Positions 13,045 to 26,800 of a stretch of DNA of 64,000 nt are shown here, in pieces. How positions within the stretch are numbered: position 1 is the stretch's first letter; every line of letters begins with the position of its first letter. Source of the stretch: Eledone cirrhosa (Eukaryota); the NCBI GenBank assembly GCA_964016885.1, contig OZ024742.1, positions 216,070,001-216,134,000 on the forward strand, read 5' to 3'. The notes under the pieces were generated by a model. It did not search any database. It had not been told where the DNA came from and saw only the letters and a program-made list of their open reading frames with translations. Both the position numbers and the translations under genes were made by a program.

Positions 13045-14090
13045 ATGTTAGAGTAGCGTCTCGGCTTCATTTCTGCAGACAATGGCCAATCAAACCCACT
13101 GGAACACACACATCTTGCGAGGCGCCTTGCTAAGACGGGTTGCTTTCATTGCGATTTTATGGAAAAGGTAAGATCTACTGAATCTGAGTACACCTAATAT
13201 CTCGAAGGTGACCGTCTGGACGTTCCCCTGTATTTGCTTATCATCCTGTCCTCTCCATTGCGACATCGGTACTGGGGTTTCTGGCTGATGCGAATAGGAT
13301 GGAGGCAGAGAATGTTTTGCAGATTATGGATTTATCTCTCTCGAAGGGAGAGTAATTTCATATGGGGCCTTTACCGTCTCCGTGGTCGAGAGGATACCTG
13401 CCGAAATGTGACGGGAATCCGATTGCGATTAGGCTCCATTTCCTTGTGTCGTTCAGAGAAGCATGACGTGGGAATTGGCCTGCGCTCTGGTGACTTGGTA
13501 GTGGCAGCGACCTTTGAGTTGCTCACACACGCGGTGGCCAAGGCGTTTGGCAACTCCAGTGCGAGTGCAATCATCCTCAAGTAGAGTACCGATTGGTGAG
13601 GAGGCCACCCAATTGAGCCAGGCGCCGCTCTTTGGCTGCGAAGCGGAACGGAAGTAGGCGAGGTGGTGAAGGAAGACCTGTTATTAATGTTATGTTGGAT
13701 AATTGCACACTGGGTGACGGTGAGGCCTTCGCCAGACCAGTGGGTCTGAGCTAACTCCTGTTCATAATCCACGCTAGTTTTGTTCTGTTGCTGAGGACCT
13801 CGATAATGAGAGTGTAACTGGAGAAGATTGAGAAGAGGTAGGCTGACAGCGTCAGATCCAACGTAGATCGGAGGCAAGGTTACAGAATCTCTCTGGGAGC
13901 TTCGCCTGTTGCCAGTCGGCGTTTTCGAAACTAACATTGCAGATGAGTTCCGCACATAATCAGATGTTGGCATCTAGTTCAACCCGGTGATCTCGTAAAT
14001 GGTGGCAAGGTGCACCGTGCAGTGTGGACAAGAATTTAGGAAGGGTCAATCAGTTCCTCAGAAAGAAGTTCGTCGAGTGCGCGTCAATGT
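13045..14090 (-). mobile_element. CRE-clade non-LTR retrotransposon 3' fragment (restriction-like endonuclease)
   Basis: Frameshifted minus-strand peptides LRMIALAL..., HGDGKGP..SPFERDKSII..TFSASIL..SA..P, SKY, EILGV and FQWV*LAIVCRN match the CRE RLE pattern GDGKRPDG...W...KY...ET.G...FQRLSLAI.RGN. Confidence 0.75.
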
Positions 14091-16514
14091 GGCACAACCT
14101 ATCATATATATATCGGCCTATATGTCAGATTGAAGTAAGAACAAATTCGAAAAACATATCAACGTAAAAATAAATATATACATTTCTTTATTCATTAATG
14201 TATCTAATGTTCAGTATGCATACCTCATAAGAATCTTTAATAATGGGTTTTGCCTCCCGTTTTTTTTGAAAATAATTCTTTGATATCAAATGCGAGTTTA
14301 TTTCTATTATATATTTTTCCATGCAATTATAATATTCACAAAACGAAATGAAAAATATAAATTTCAAAATCGATAAACATAAACGCCAACTTCCTTACAA
14401 CTTTGCGAATGTCCAGATATTTAGAGTAATGGAAAGATAAATGTTTGTGGTTTAACTTTTTGTTTCATCTAAGTCTATGCATCTTTTGGAGATTTGCATG
14501 GTCATCCAATTTTCATTATTAATTATTTCTAACCTAAGTATTATTTTAGATCTACTATAGTTACGTTACACCTGGCATTTTATTTTAATGATTTCAGACG
14601 AGGGAAAAACAAAACTTGATCCCGGGTGGATTTAATTCCCTAGCCCGACATAGCCCAATGTCCCCAAAGAGCTCAAACAATTTTTATGGTGTTCTACAGA
14701 TTCCGGTACACCATAGCCATTCGATATTAAACAAGGAATGACAATACATTTTGTCTATTTTTTAGACGCTTGAACTATATTTTTATAATTTTAAAATGCT
14801 TCGTTTGTTTTTGTACGCTAATAGTGATTAATTTCCATCGCCCTGGTGATGTTTGTAACCACTTTTCCCTCTAATCCTGAGAGTTTATTAAATCTCCCAA
14901 AATAGCAAAATATAAAACTAAGACTGATTTATTCCTCCGATTAATTCAATATTCCCTCATTATATTTTCTAGCCTATAAATGTGGGTCACAATATATGGT
15001 GGATGGAAATGTCATTTTGCTTAGTCATTCTTGAAGTTCTATTTAACATTATTATTTTCATTTTTATCCAATTACGTATTACATTTAAGTGAATCAAGAA
15101 GATTGAACGCATTATTCTATTTATACACATTCTTTTTGAAACTTTGTTCTGTGTTATCTAATACCCTGTCTGATTCTGTGATTTCCAATGCTTCCTTTAT
15201 TCACCATTAGTTATGTTATCGAATGATCATATTAAATTACTTTTAGGTAATACCTAATACTGCAATGCGTTGGTAAAAGGTAATATTTTATAATTTTTTT
15301 ATATACTTCAGCATAAATAGAGACTATATCTATACCATCTGAATATATTGTCTATGCGTAGGGAAGAGACAAATTTCTTCCATGAGCAGATGTTTCTGCT
15401 TGGGGTGTTTTATCTCAAGTATTTCCGATAATGGAATAGTGTTTACAGAGTTTTGGTATTTGGGAATATCGTCCATATGGAGCGCACCACTCTCATAGTT
15501 AGAAATACCAGTAATTGGTAGAATACATTGAATTATCTAGCCATTACGGAATTGTTTCTGGCATCACTGGAAACAAATTGTTAGCATTTAGGATTTTTAT
15601 GTGTGAGGACTATGTACGTGTTAACAATATCGTAATAGATTTCCCAATAGATTATATATAAAGTATTATAGATTATTTCACTTCTCATCTTCACACAGAC
15701 TATACTTTAGAGTTTTCAGGAAATGGTTCTATAGGCTTACTATAGAAATTGTACTTATTATTATTTTGAGAATATTGGGTAGATGTGTGCCTCTTTTCAC
15801 TTCTTAAAACAACAAATATTATAATATAATAGTTTAGTTCCCAGCCTTCACATTCCGGTTATCCACAGGTAAATGTATTAATGCCCACCACTCTCATTGA
15901 AAATATCGCAATATCGATAAAGAAGCTTTTTTAGATTATACATGGCATCTTTGGTAAATATAACAAAAAATTATATAGACGAGATAGTATTTCAAAGACC
16001 TCAAATAAAGTGGCACTAAATTTCTATATGTGAAAGCTACCTGAATGAATAGATTTAACGTAAATTATGAATGATAGCATATCTTGTGTGGAGCGTTTGC
16101 TAACGAATGCGATATATAATCTGCCCACTAAAATTAATAATTCGTCTTGTTTGAAATAATAAGCGGGTTATTCCCCCGTTTCTTAGCTCCGTCTTCTATT
16201 TTTATTCTATCCTTAGGTTATCTCACTGAAATTCCCATTCGGACTATTTGCCCAAACCCTGTGACAATTATAGATCTCCCTCCTGTACAGGTGCAATCTA
16301 TCCGAATATCTAATTTGATGTCAATTGCATGAAATGCAGATTCGTTTATCTGATAGAGATGCAATCGCACCGATTTTGTCTCTATTAATTGAACAAAATA
16401 CATTAAATTATTTAATGATTAATAATTTATTCATGTGTTTAATCAAAACATTTACTAGGCTAAAAAAATGCTCTACTATTTATTGATATTCTTGTTGGGT
16501 TTGTAATAGTATTT

Positions 16515-16720
16515 TAATTTAGGCTCGAGGCCAGGATATTTTAAGAGAAAAGGAAAATCAATTAAATCGGTGTCATTACTTCACATGTGGCATTTTATAG
16601 ACCCTGAAACGGTGAAAGATAAAGTTGATCTCAGCAGGATTTTAAACCCCCAAATTAAGGAGCCAGAAACATTGCTGCAAAGCACTTCTACGATGCCCCC
16701 AACTATTCTGCCAATTTACT
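16515..16720 (-). mobile_element. Decayed tRNA-derived SINE
   Basis: Diverged reverse-complement match to the SINE at 41380-41560 (gaccctgaaacggtgaaagataaagttgatctcagcaggattt). Confidence 0.45.
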
Positions 16721-18999
16721 ATCGTTTTGATGTCTTGTTTTATTAAGGTTATCCATGTTGAATGGGTCATGTATTGTCTTAACATTGGCTTTGCATGATT
16801 TGTTTATAGATTCTGCACAATCGAACAATGTCAAATGTTTTTTTTTTCCGTAATGAATTTTCCAACCCATCTTGATATTTTTGGGGTTTTATTATATATA
16901 CCTCAGTATTGGGAAAAACAACATTCAGGGTAAATGCACTACTACTATGCTGCAGGCATCAACCCTAGTGCTTCAGTTATGAAACTGGAGCAGTTAAGCA
17001 TGCGTAGATATTTTGCGTTTAGCCCAATAGATAATGTAATATTTTATTTTAATACTCGATCTCATTCGTTTGTAGTGACTATTCGTATATTATGATGGTA
17101 CCATTTTATTGCTGTTTTCCTGGCTGTGGTCTCTTTTCACCTGTTAATATTTAATATTTTTTCTAGTAAAATCTCTTTCATTTCAGATTTGAAATGGAAG
17201 TGGTTTCGCCATTAAGGATACAATCGGCATATGTTTCTCTGTTGTCGATTTATTGTAAGAATCTAATCGTATATTGGTTGTTGTTTAACTGTATTCTATT
17301 TGTGTCAAGTCCCCCTTTCCTCCCACCCTGAAATAATTGGATAGGAAATTTTGATCTGCTCAGTAGGCTGCAAATCTGTATTTGATTTTGGAGTATGTGT
17401 TTGCATTTAAGTACATATAGATGATGTCGACGTCATATGCTATTAATTGAAGAGTTATTGGGAAAGGTGCTCCAAATTTATTTTTCCATTGGGGGGGGGG
17501 GGGGCTTATATCACACGTCTTATTATTTGATTTGAATATTTTTAATCTGTGAATATGCTTAATTCATTAGATTTTATTTGATTAGGTTATGCTCAATGTT
17601 ATCTAAAAGGATGCAATATTGAAAGGGTTTAATATATTCTTTGTCAGACCATATATCACAGTGGTTGTCAGAAGCTGCAAAATGTTTGTTTAAAAAGCTT
17701 CCTTCTACGTAGACATAACTTCGAAATCGCACCAAAATTGTTTTGAATTTCATTAGTTTATTTTCAATTATTGACACACTACAAACCATATAGCCAACTA
17801 TAATTAATCCGAAACATAAAGCAGCTGTCAACTCACCAAAGTATGTTAAAATTGCTTTTAAATAAAAAAAAATGTTTGTTGTTTTTCAGCAGACGATTTT
17901 AAATAATTGGAAATATATCTTCATTTTGGAACGAAGTTTCACACATTTATATATGAGACTATATTAATCAATCATTGATTAAATCATTTTACCTATTAAT
18001 ACGGATGTCGATTATTCGCTATCATACAACATTTATCTTCTCGATTTAGTAAATGACATTTCTAACTGTTAGTTGTCGGAGTAATATAATTGATAGTTTT
18101 GAATGCATGAGAAATATATGGTAAGATCCATTTGATCATTCTCCACGTAGAAAGTAGTTATGAATGCTGACATTCTGAAAGATTAGAAAGACATTTCAAA
18201 TGAAGTATAAGATGAATCAAGAAAGTAGTTAATATATCTTTGTACGGTTGTCAATTTCGTTCTACATTAAACTGATGATGTGTTACGTAGGTGTCTTGCT
18301 TTCAGTGCGGCCATTGTTTTCAGGAAACATTTTTACATATTCACAAAAATGTCGTATGTTACTCGCAATTAGTATAAACATACACATCAAGGATGTGAAG
18401 ACCGAGTAATCACAGTAATTGTAACATAAAAGCACACAGTCGTATTATTTTAAAGGGAGGGGAAATTATTAAGGAAACAAAGTATGAAAATAATCCAAAT
18501 ATTTTGACACTTTACCATAACAATGTTTCGTTTTATATTTATGTCCTTTTGTGAGAATATAAGCATTTAAAGTGTTCTACAAGTTGAAATGGCCATCATA
18601 TCATCACCGAATTTGTCATGTAAATTCAAAGTGCATATTTGAAAAGTCGGTCGCTAAAAAGTAATTAATGATACACCGCAGATTATAAAGCCCACGACAT
18701 AGATGCGTCAGCTTATATCACAGCAGGGAAAAGTGAAAAAGCACACACACACACGCACACACACATACATAAACACACACGTATACAGATAAACACACAC
18801 ACATACACATAAACACCCACACACATATATATATATATATTGATTAACTGCTTAATGGTACCTAATTTCGCTCTCAGCTCTTTACCTTGAATCTTAATTA
18901 ATATATTGTTATAATGCTTGCTGATAAATATGATGTAATTTGCTCGCATTAAATGATGTCAGTGATGTGACTATCATATGAATAATGATTTCTGGCGCA

Positions 19000-19160
19000 A
19001 GGCCAACAATTTGGAAGTTTATTAAATCGACCCCAGTGCATTACTGTTGCTCAAATATATCACCCCGTAAGAGTGAAAAGTAAAGCTAAACTCTGCGGGA
19101 TTTGAACTATGTACGTAAAGGGCCGTAACTCTACCGATACTGCCAATCGACCACCCTCGC
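19000..19160 (-). mobile_element. tRNA-derived SINE
   Basis: Reverse complement of the 41380-41560 family, including the B-box-like gttcaaatccc. Confidence 0.65.
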
Positions 19161-19663
19161 TGTCGTATGGGTGATAATATACAATAAGCTCCTTTATTGC
19201 ACAAGAATTTCTACGATGTGTAATGAAAGAAGTAGAATTTTTTTTATTAATCAACAATAGCAAATAATATGGATATTTAAACCTGATCGTAACAGGCCAA
19301 CACCAACACCCCTTCTATTATAACTTATTGTCATAAAAAGCAAATACACATTGATTGATAAAGTCTAATTCTTTAATACACTTTCCTATAGGCAAATAAG
19401 ATTAACCACTGCAGATAAGCTTTAGATTATAGTTTTGCTCAATAAAGTATGAGGTGAAACTAAACTACAGCAACAAAGAATACAAACTTAAACATATTGA
19501 TAGCTCGAAAAGAATTATAAATCACCCTATTCGGTGTTAACGTCGAGGGCAACTTTATATTATATCCATAATGACAAATATATAAATGCCTGAACCATGA
19601 GTATGCACATGCATAGATTTATATAAGTTTCCAAGTAATATATGTAAGAGATGCGTGAGAGTT

Positions 19664-19727
<64 letters not shown>

Positions 19728-19738
19728 CATATATATAC

Positions 19739-19838
<100 letters not shown>

Positions 19839-19874
19839 GTATGTATAGAATTCACAAGAATCAAAGCTATGTTG

Positions 19875-19947
19875 AAAGCATTTATTCACTTACAGTTGTT
19901 TCATCCAAACCTAGGCTTGGGATCTTCCGAGCATTTTTCAATGTTTG
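19875..19947 (-). ncRNA. Family B minimal hammerhead (CGGAAGA core)
   Basis: tgct-CGGAAGA-tcccaagcctaggtttggat-GAAA-c-aact-GTA^agtg-aataaa. Confidence 0.6.
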
Positions 19948-20035
19948 TACACATAATTAACCTCCTTTCCAACGCAAGAGACATACAGTTACATATGTAT
20001 ATATTGATGTACAGTGGAGTGACATATATTATATT

Positions 20036-20130
20036 TCACTTTGCCTTTCATCCTTACGGGGTCGATAAAATAAAGTACCAGTAATGCACTGGGTAATTGC
20101 TGGCCTTGTGCCAAAAGTAGAAACAATTAT
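20036..20130 (+). mobile_element. SINE 3' half inserted into the family B pLTR
   Basis: tttgcctttcatccttacggggtcgataaaataaagtaccag...aaacaattatt is absent from the inverted pLTR copy at ~23530-23545. Confidence 0.8.
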
Positions 20131-21529
20131 TTCTGTATAGCAATTCAAATTAAAAATTAAAATCAAAATTAAAATTCAAACAAAATTTAAATAAAATTAA
20201 AATACATTCGGCAGTAAACATAGATAATACAAGAGGATAGTTTGTTAGTCAGATGTAGTAGTTATTTTATGCGTTAGTTACACGTGGGGCATGCACGTGT
20301 GTTTCATATATATATGATTAATGTGTGGCAGGGTGCTACATGTAATAGAAGCACTTTAAGCGGGTAAGTAAGAGTATTATGGAGCTTGTAGTGGTAAGGT
20401 ATTTTTTGTATATAATATAAAAGTATGTGTGCAGAAAAATAAAAATAAAAAGGAGAAGCAAAAGAAAGTTATGGTTTTCGTATCTACCACCATTTTCACA
20501 TTCAGGAAATGTAATATATAGTTTATACATCCATCACATAATTAACGATGATTCCGTATTGGATGTTTGATGCATTAAATTAAATTATTTTAGCTTATTG
20601 CGGCTCAGTGTTCTTTAATCCAATTTTATAGAGCAGGTTGTTTCTGCTGCGAGAATTTACATCGGTTTATTATCCGGAAGTATGTGTATAATTAAGGGAA
20701 GTTAATGCGTAAGGGGAGGTAACTAGCTGATTTCCATAACTAAATGTATTGTTCTAACATACATTATAAGGTGTCTCAATTGAGTCCCTTATATAGACGG
20801 TTATATATTTATATTCAGTTTCCAATTTTAAATACAGTCTACTCTATCATGATGTACTAAAGGTATTTATATTATGATGATTACTCCCTATCATAGAGTG
20901 TTACAACTGAATATTCCATACACAGAGCCATATCTTTATATCAAAGTTCTTTGCAAATGTAGTCTACTCACAGAACATGTCAGGGGACCTATTAGAACTA
21001 TGTCTACATAAGCCCTGGTAAGCTGTGGAGCAGCGCATGGCTGTTTGCATGGCAAAGCCAAATCATCTCTAGGGCAGACAAAAACATCCCTCATTTACAA
21101 TGTCAATAATCTATCCATCAAGTTATACATGCATATATAACTCACATACCATTCATACACAATTCATTGCACTCAACATATATGTTATACCGATCTCTTA
21201 TGTTAATAAATTAATCTTATATATATCCAATGTTATCACTCCATACATACAAATACATTTCCACAAATAATTCATTATCGAATCTGGTATTTACAGCTTA
21301 CATAGACTGTATTGTATCACTATATAATTATAAGTAATTGAAAGTAATTATACTAAAAGTAGGTGTACATAGGGATATTTCTAGGGTATAAAGTTATAGA
21401 TAGATGGAATAATTTGTGTTGAGATGGGGTGGATCAGAGAGTGTGGAGTTGTGGTGTAAGGTGTGCCATTGAGGTGTAGTATTAGATGTGGTGATGGGTT
21501 CAAGTCTGACATTGTTATATATTGGGTTT

Positions 21530-22885
21530 AAAGTTTTGGAAGGAGTGCCGGGAGCGGTGCTGGCACAACGCGAACACTTCCGATTTTTTATTAAGGAGGT
21601 TATGGTTTGAGAAGATTATAGTATGGGTCTCTAGTAGACAGAGGTTACAGATTTATTAGGTAGTTTGTACGGTGCCGCCTTACATATCACTTCCCATTTA
21701 AGTGTATAAGATCTATTTTTAGTTTTTAGAATGTGTATGTAGCTAGATAGTGAAGTGGAGTTGGCTAGACTGTGATTTTGAAAGAATGGAGGTGTGAATT
21801 GTATCTGGTTTTGAAGCAGTTTGAAGCAGAGCCTATATATGTTTCAGAAGAGTTGCTAGTTATGACGGTGCATGAGTATATGATGTCCATGATTAAGCAT
21901 TTTTTATCTAAAGGGCAGGTTCTATTAGATCTACCGTTACAATTATTTTGGATGTTAACCTGCCGGTTATTATGTTGTGTAGAAGTCTGGTTGCTAGTTA
22001 TTGCATTATGGCTATGGGGGTTGTCGCTCTCAGCGTTATTGCTTACACTAGTGTTATTACTATTATTACTATTGATATCAGGGTTTGTAGATATAATGTT
22101 GTTTTGAAGGTTTACCCCCTGCCGTGTTTTAGTTTGTTGGAAATAAGTATTATTTTTTCTTTTATTGCTACTAGCTATGTGGTATGCTATGTTAGGCGTG
22201 GTACAGTAGGAGATTTTTATTGTATTTTTTTTATAAGACTATGGTACTTGTGGCCAGATGGGAAGTTTTTTATCCAGGAGTGAGAAGAAAGCGTTATGTA
22301 GGTTGTTAGAGACGTTTAGATTGAAAGGAGGGTTGAAAAATGTTTATTTCTTCTATTTTTGTTTTTTATGTCTGGTGAGATGCTTCCGTTTATGGTATTA
22401 TGGTGACTTCTGTGGTGTGGGTTACGTTTGTTGCCACTCTTCGTACTAGTGTGTGTGTGGTTATTATTTTTATTACTATTTTTCCTCATGGACATATTGT
22501 GCGAAATAATGTTGTAACTATGTGTTTTTGTAGGTAGGAATTCGATCTCATTATTATGGCCTGATCTAGCTAATGCCTGATTATAATATTGTGAGTTTTT
22601 GTTAAATATGTTTTCGTCATAAGATGGATTAGAGATTCTATTGGATATTCCCTTAGAGATAGAGTTTAATATTGATCTAGGGTGGTTAGACTTGGTATCT
22701 ACGTAAATCAGTTTTTCGTTAGGTTTATGGAATGGTGTATATATCCTAGAGTCTAGGTAAAGGGTGGCAAATAGGAAGTTAACGTTTTTAGTGTTTTTGT
22801 CTATGGTGATACATAGGTTATAGTTTTTGAAAGTCTTGTGCAAGAGTTTTCTAGTTCTTTCTATATTAATTTTTTTATATATTAA
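21530..22885 (-). pseudogene. PLE RT C-terminus, linker and GIY-YIG endonuclease (frameshifted)
   Basis: ORF 22316-22843 PFHKPNEKLIYVDTKSNHPRSIL...YYNQALARSG, then FFNPPFNL, CPLDKKCL, YIGSASNCFK. Confidence 0.85.
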
Positions 22886-23625
22886 ATGTATGTTTTATGT
22901 ATGTTAGAACAATACATTTAGTTATGCAAATCAGCTAGTTACCGCCCCTTACGCATTAACTCCCCTTAATTACACACATACTTCCTGATAATAAACCGAT
23001 GTAAATTCTCGCAGCAGAAACAACCTGCTCCATAAAATTGGATTAAAGAACACTGAGCCACAATAAGCTAAAATAATTTAATTTAATGCATCAAACATCC
23101 AATACGGAATCTTCGTTAATTATGTGAGGGATGTATAAACTATATATTACATTTCCTGAATATGAAAATTGTGGTGGATACGAAAACCATAACTTTCTTT
23201 TGCTTCTCCTTTTTATTTTTATTTTTCTGCACACATACTTTTTTATTATATACAAAAAATACCTTACCACTACAAGCTCCATAATACTCTTACGTACCCG
23301 TTTAAAGTGCTTCTATTATATGTAACACCCTGCCACACAATAATCATATATAAATGAGACACACGTGCATGCCCCACGTGTAACTAACGCATAAAATAAC
23401 TACTACATCTGACTAACAAACTATCCTCTTGCATTATCTATGTTTACTGCCGAATGTATTCTAATTTTCTTTTAATTTTGCTTTAATTTTAATTTTGATT
23501 TTGATTTTTAATTTGAATTGCTATACAGAAATAATATAATATAATATATGTCACTCCACTATACATCAATATATACATATGTATCTGTATGTCTCTTGCG
23601 TTGGAAAGGAGCTCAATTATGTGTA

Positions 23626-23699
23626 CAAACATTGAAAAATGCTCGGAAGATTCCAAGCCTAGGTTTGGATGAAACAACTGTAAGTGAATAAATGCTTTG
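23626..23699 (+). ncRNA. Family B minimal hammerhead (CGGAAGA core)
   Basis: Core 23644-23650; stem II tccaagcc/ggtttgga; GAAA 23671-23674; near-palindromic acaactgt; GTA^ after 23682; AATAAA downstream. Confidence 0.62.
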
Positions 23700-23767
23700 A
23701 ACATAGCTTTGATTCTTTGAGCTATTTATCTTACTGCTATTAAATTACTGACCTTCTCTGTTTAGTG

Positions 23768-23849
<82 letters not shown>

Positions 23850-26800
23850 AAAAAGAAAGAAAGATGAGACATACAGAAGAGAAAGCAGTTAGAGAGAGGA
23901 GGGAAGGGAGAGAAATTAGGCAATTGATAGATAGAGAAATGCTTTCGATGAAATTCAAACTTATTCAAAGTGCTAAAAATAAATACTTCGTACTCATCTC
24001 AAGGACGAGGCAAAGCCATTACATAATATACAGGTAGCCGCTTTGAAAACACTGTTTGTAAATGGATGATCAATAATTGCTCTTTTATTATATTTTTATT
24101 CTCGTTTTCTCATTCCTGCTGAGACTGAGATTTTTATCTTCAATATGAACGACAGATAATCGAGCATAGCGTATATTCTACGCATATTCTTCCCTATAAC
24201 TTTTTTCGTTTTACTTACGTCTCTTTCATTTTCTTTTATCTGGAAGGCCGTCTGTTAAATACGTCTGATAAATGAGCTGTGGAATTTTTTTTTAAGAGAA
24301 CATAGCTCTGGAACATAAAATGAAAAAAAATAATTAACTCCAAACCGAGATGGCAAATTGCAGGTCAACTTACTGTAATGCTTACTCTTATAAGCTAATA
24401 TTATCCCCCTTCCACATTATAGGCAACACCAAAACAAAAATAAATGGCCTTCTAGCAGTAAAGAATCTCAAACTATTTAAACTTCAAATATTTTCCCAAT
24501 GTCTAGTAATAGTTTTTTTCCTTCTTCTAAGAATGAACTTTATATTGATATGAATGCGTTTATTCATAAACACTCTCGTCTTCAACTGAGCTGTTTTGGC
24601 ACTCGTCATACTGGTTTTATTTCTCTCCAATTCAGTGTATCTTCGTGAATCGCCTCTGTGCATATTGCCTAACCTGATACAGGCACGAAAGGTATAGAAC
24701 TGTCAGCACCTGCGCTTGTCCGAAGATGTATACAGGCGAATGAAACTGTTCGGCCTCAAGTTGTATGGTATTTAAAATGAACAATCACAGTGTTTATCAA
24801 CGGATCGGGCTACTTGTTGTGTCCATAATATGGTTTGACCCACAACATTCCCTTGGCCAGAACTATGAGACGATCTTTATTTTGTCTAGTCAATATGACA
24901 AAAGAGGTTGTGTAGTGGACATGACTGATATGAATGATTATAGACATTTTTGATTCTTCATGTCTTAATCGACTTATTAAGTTTCCACTTGAAAGGTAAA
25001 TATGTGTGTCGACCATGGCACGGGTAAATAGAATTAGGATCTGCATAGAGATATAAGACGGCGTATGGCAGTTAGAAGAGTACATGTTCTATTTCTTTTA
25101 CATAACCTTGTATTTGTGAGGTTACACTATTTTTACATGATTCTCTTTATATATTTGTTGAAAAAATGTCCAATGTTTTGTATATCATTATTCAGATGTC
25201 TCCAACGTATTTGCCATCCTTTGACCAAAAAATAAATATTGCCAACATTATTATTGCTATTATCATCGTTATTTTTTATATTCTAATTATTATGCTTTCA
25301 ACGATAAACAGCATTCAAGAAGCTGGTCTCCACAGCATATTTTTCTTGATAAATTAACTCTAATTTCTTGTCTTCTTTCATTTCGTTTTCTTAGAAAAAA
25401 AGACAGGAAATCGAGAAAATTCAGTTTAGGAAAAACATGTCTTTTAGAGAAAAAAGAACCCGAAAAAGCAGAACTCAAACAAAAGAGAAAAAACATCAGA
25501 GTTTGAAATCGTTTAACGCTATGATAGTTATTAGATTATAGACTATCTACTTGATTTTAGACGCCGTGTAGGATCTGTTTAGGGATTTCGCTCAGGTAAT
25601 TCGTCTCCAACTAATTTATCTCCATATTGATTTATATTGATCTAAGATCTGGGGAATCTCCTGTTTATTGAACAGTTTAATAACATTAATTGTATTTGAA
25701 TGCGTTCGAAACACGGTATTCTGTAAAACCACTAAAAATATTTTTTCTTTCATATTTAGAATATTGGACTTACAAACAAAAGCAATCAGATAGATTTGAA
25801 TAATGTTTAATATATTTGTTGTCTAGAGACCCTAATTTGTTAGATTATTTCAACATTTCCACACATAGATTGATGAACATCGTATTGAAAAGGCGAGCCA
25901 ATGACAAATAGATTCAAATCGCTTCGAAATTCACAGTTCTACAGCATTAATATGCTTTCTAACATAGGTAGAAGGCAAATAATTTGGAAGATAAAGTAAG
26001 GTGACGTCAGAAGTATCAATGGTGATGTTGAACTCGTCTCATTCCAACAGAGATTGCAAAGAACCGTAACTAAACATAGAAAACCATTTTTTCGGATTCA
26101 TTAACGATTTTGACACCCCAACACCTCCAAGACCTTAATAATGAGATAGAACATTGGACAATACAGTCGATATAGATACAAAATTAGTTATGATTGAAAA
26201 ACATTTGACCTTATGTCATTGTCAGGGATGAGCTGTAGTTAAACAACAAAAACTGACTAAAGCAACATAAACACAGGTACAAGAAACGCATGATAAAAAA
26301 AAGAAAAACAATAATGTATAAATAAAAGAATTAATTCATAAATAGATGAATATTCTGGCTTGATCTGGCTAATTATTGGCTTGGATATAATACGTTCTAT
26401 TCAGAGGCGCAAGCCCGGGCAAGAATAGTTTGAGGGGAGCTAGCAGACATTCGTGCATGCTAGTCTCCCCTCACAAATCCACCGATACTTTCCAGTTTTG
26501 CGAATTATAACAATGTGAAAAAGATTCTTGCTGAAGACATCACCCCACATTCGGCTCCGAAAATCAAACATTACGAGAGCCTCACTCAATTGACTAAACC
26601 ACGTAACTTCATCTGATACGAATATCAATCAAGTATATTTCAAAAATCCATATTCGAGACGTATTTGATGGGCTTAAAACAGGCTACAATTCCTAAATAA
26701 AAAACGATTACATCAAAATCGTTATTTCTACCAATTACTAATACTTGCATTTTGATAAGTTAATCGATATGTTAATCAGCTTAGTACAAGACTGGCATTA

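Larger units (their letters stand above)
19846..23718 (-). mobile_element. Penelope-like element family B: truncated body with a 3' pLTR and an inverted 5' pLTR
   Basis: Inverted repeats of ~830 bp (19846-20770 vs 22890-23718) flank RT-C-terminal/GIY-YIG coding sequence; (TA)n lies on both sides. Confidence 0.9.

Noticed and set aside
13371-13973. 200-aa ORF as a host gene
   Set aside because: It lies inside the decayed CRE element and is only partly in the ancestral frame.
20336-23325. Duplicate 64-aa ORFs MYKLYITFPE... as a small gene pair
   Set aside because: They are the two arms of the family B pLTR inverted repeat, with no protein features.
24600-25100. Possible piggyBac C-terminal remnant; also possible hAT-like remnants near 27500-28900, 31900-33000 and 57400-58600
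   Set aside because: Motif similarity is too weak to support without a profile search.
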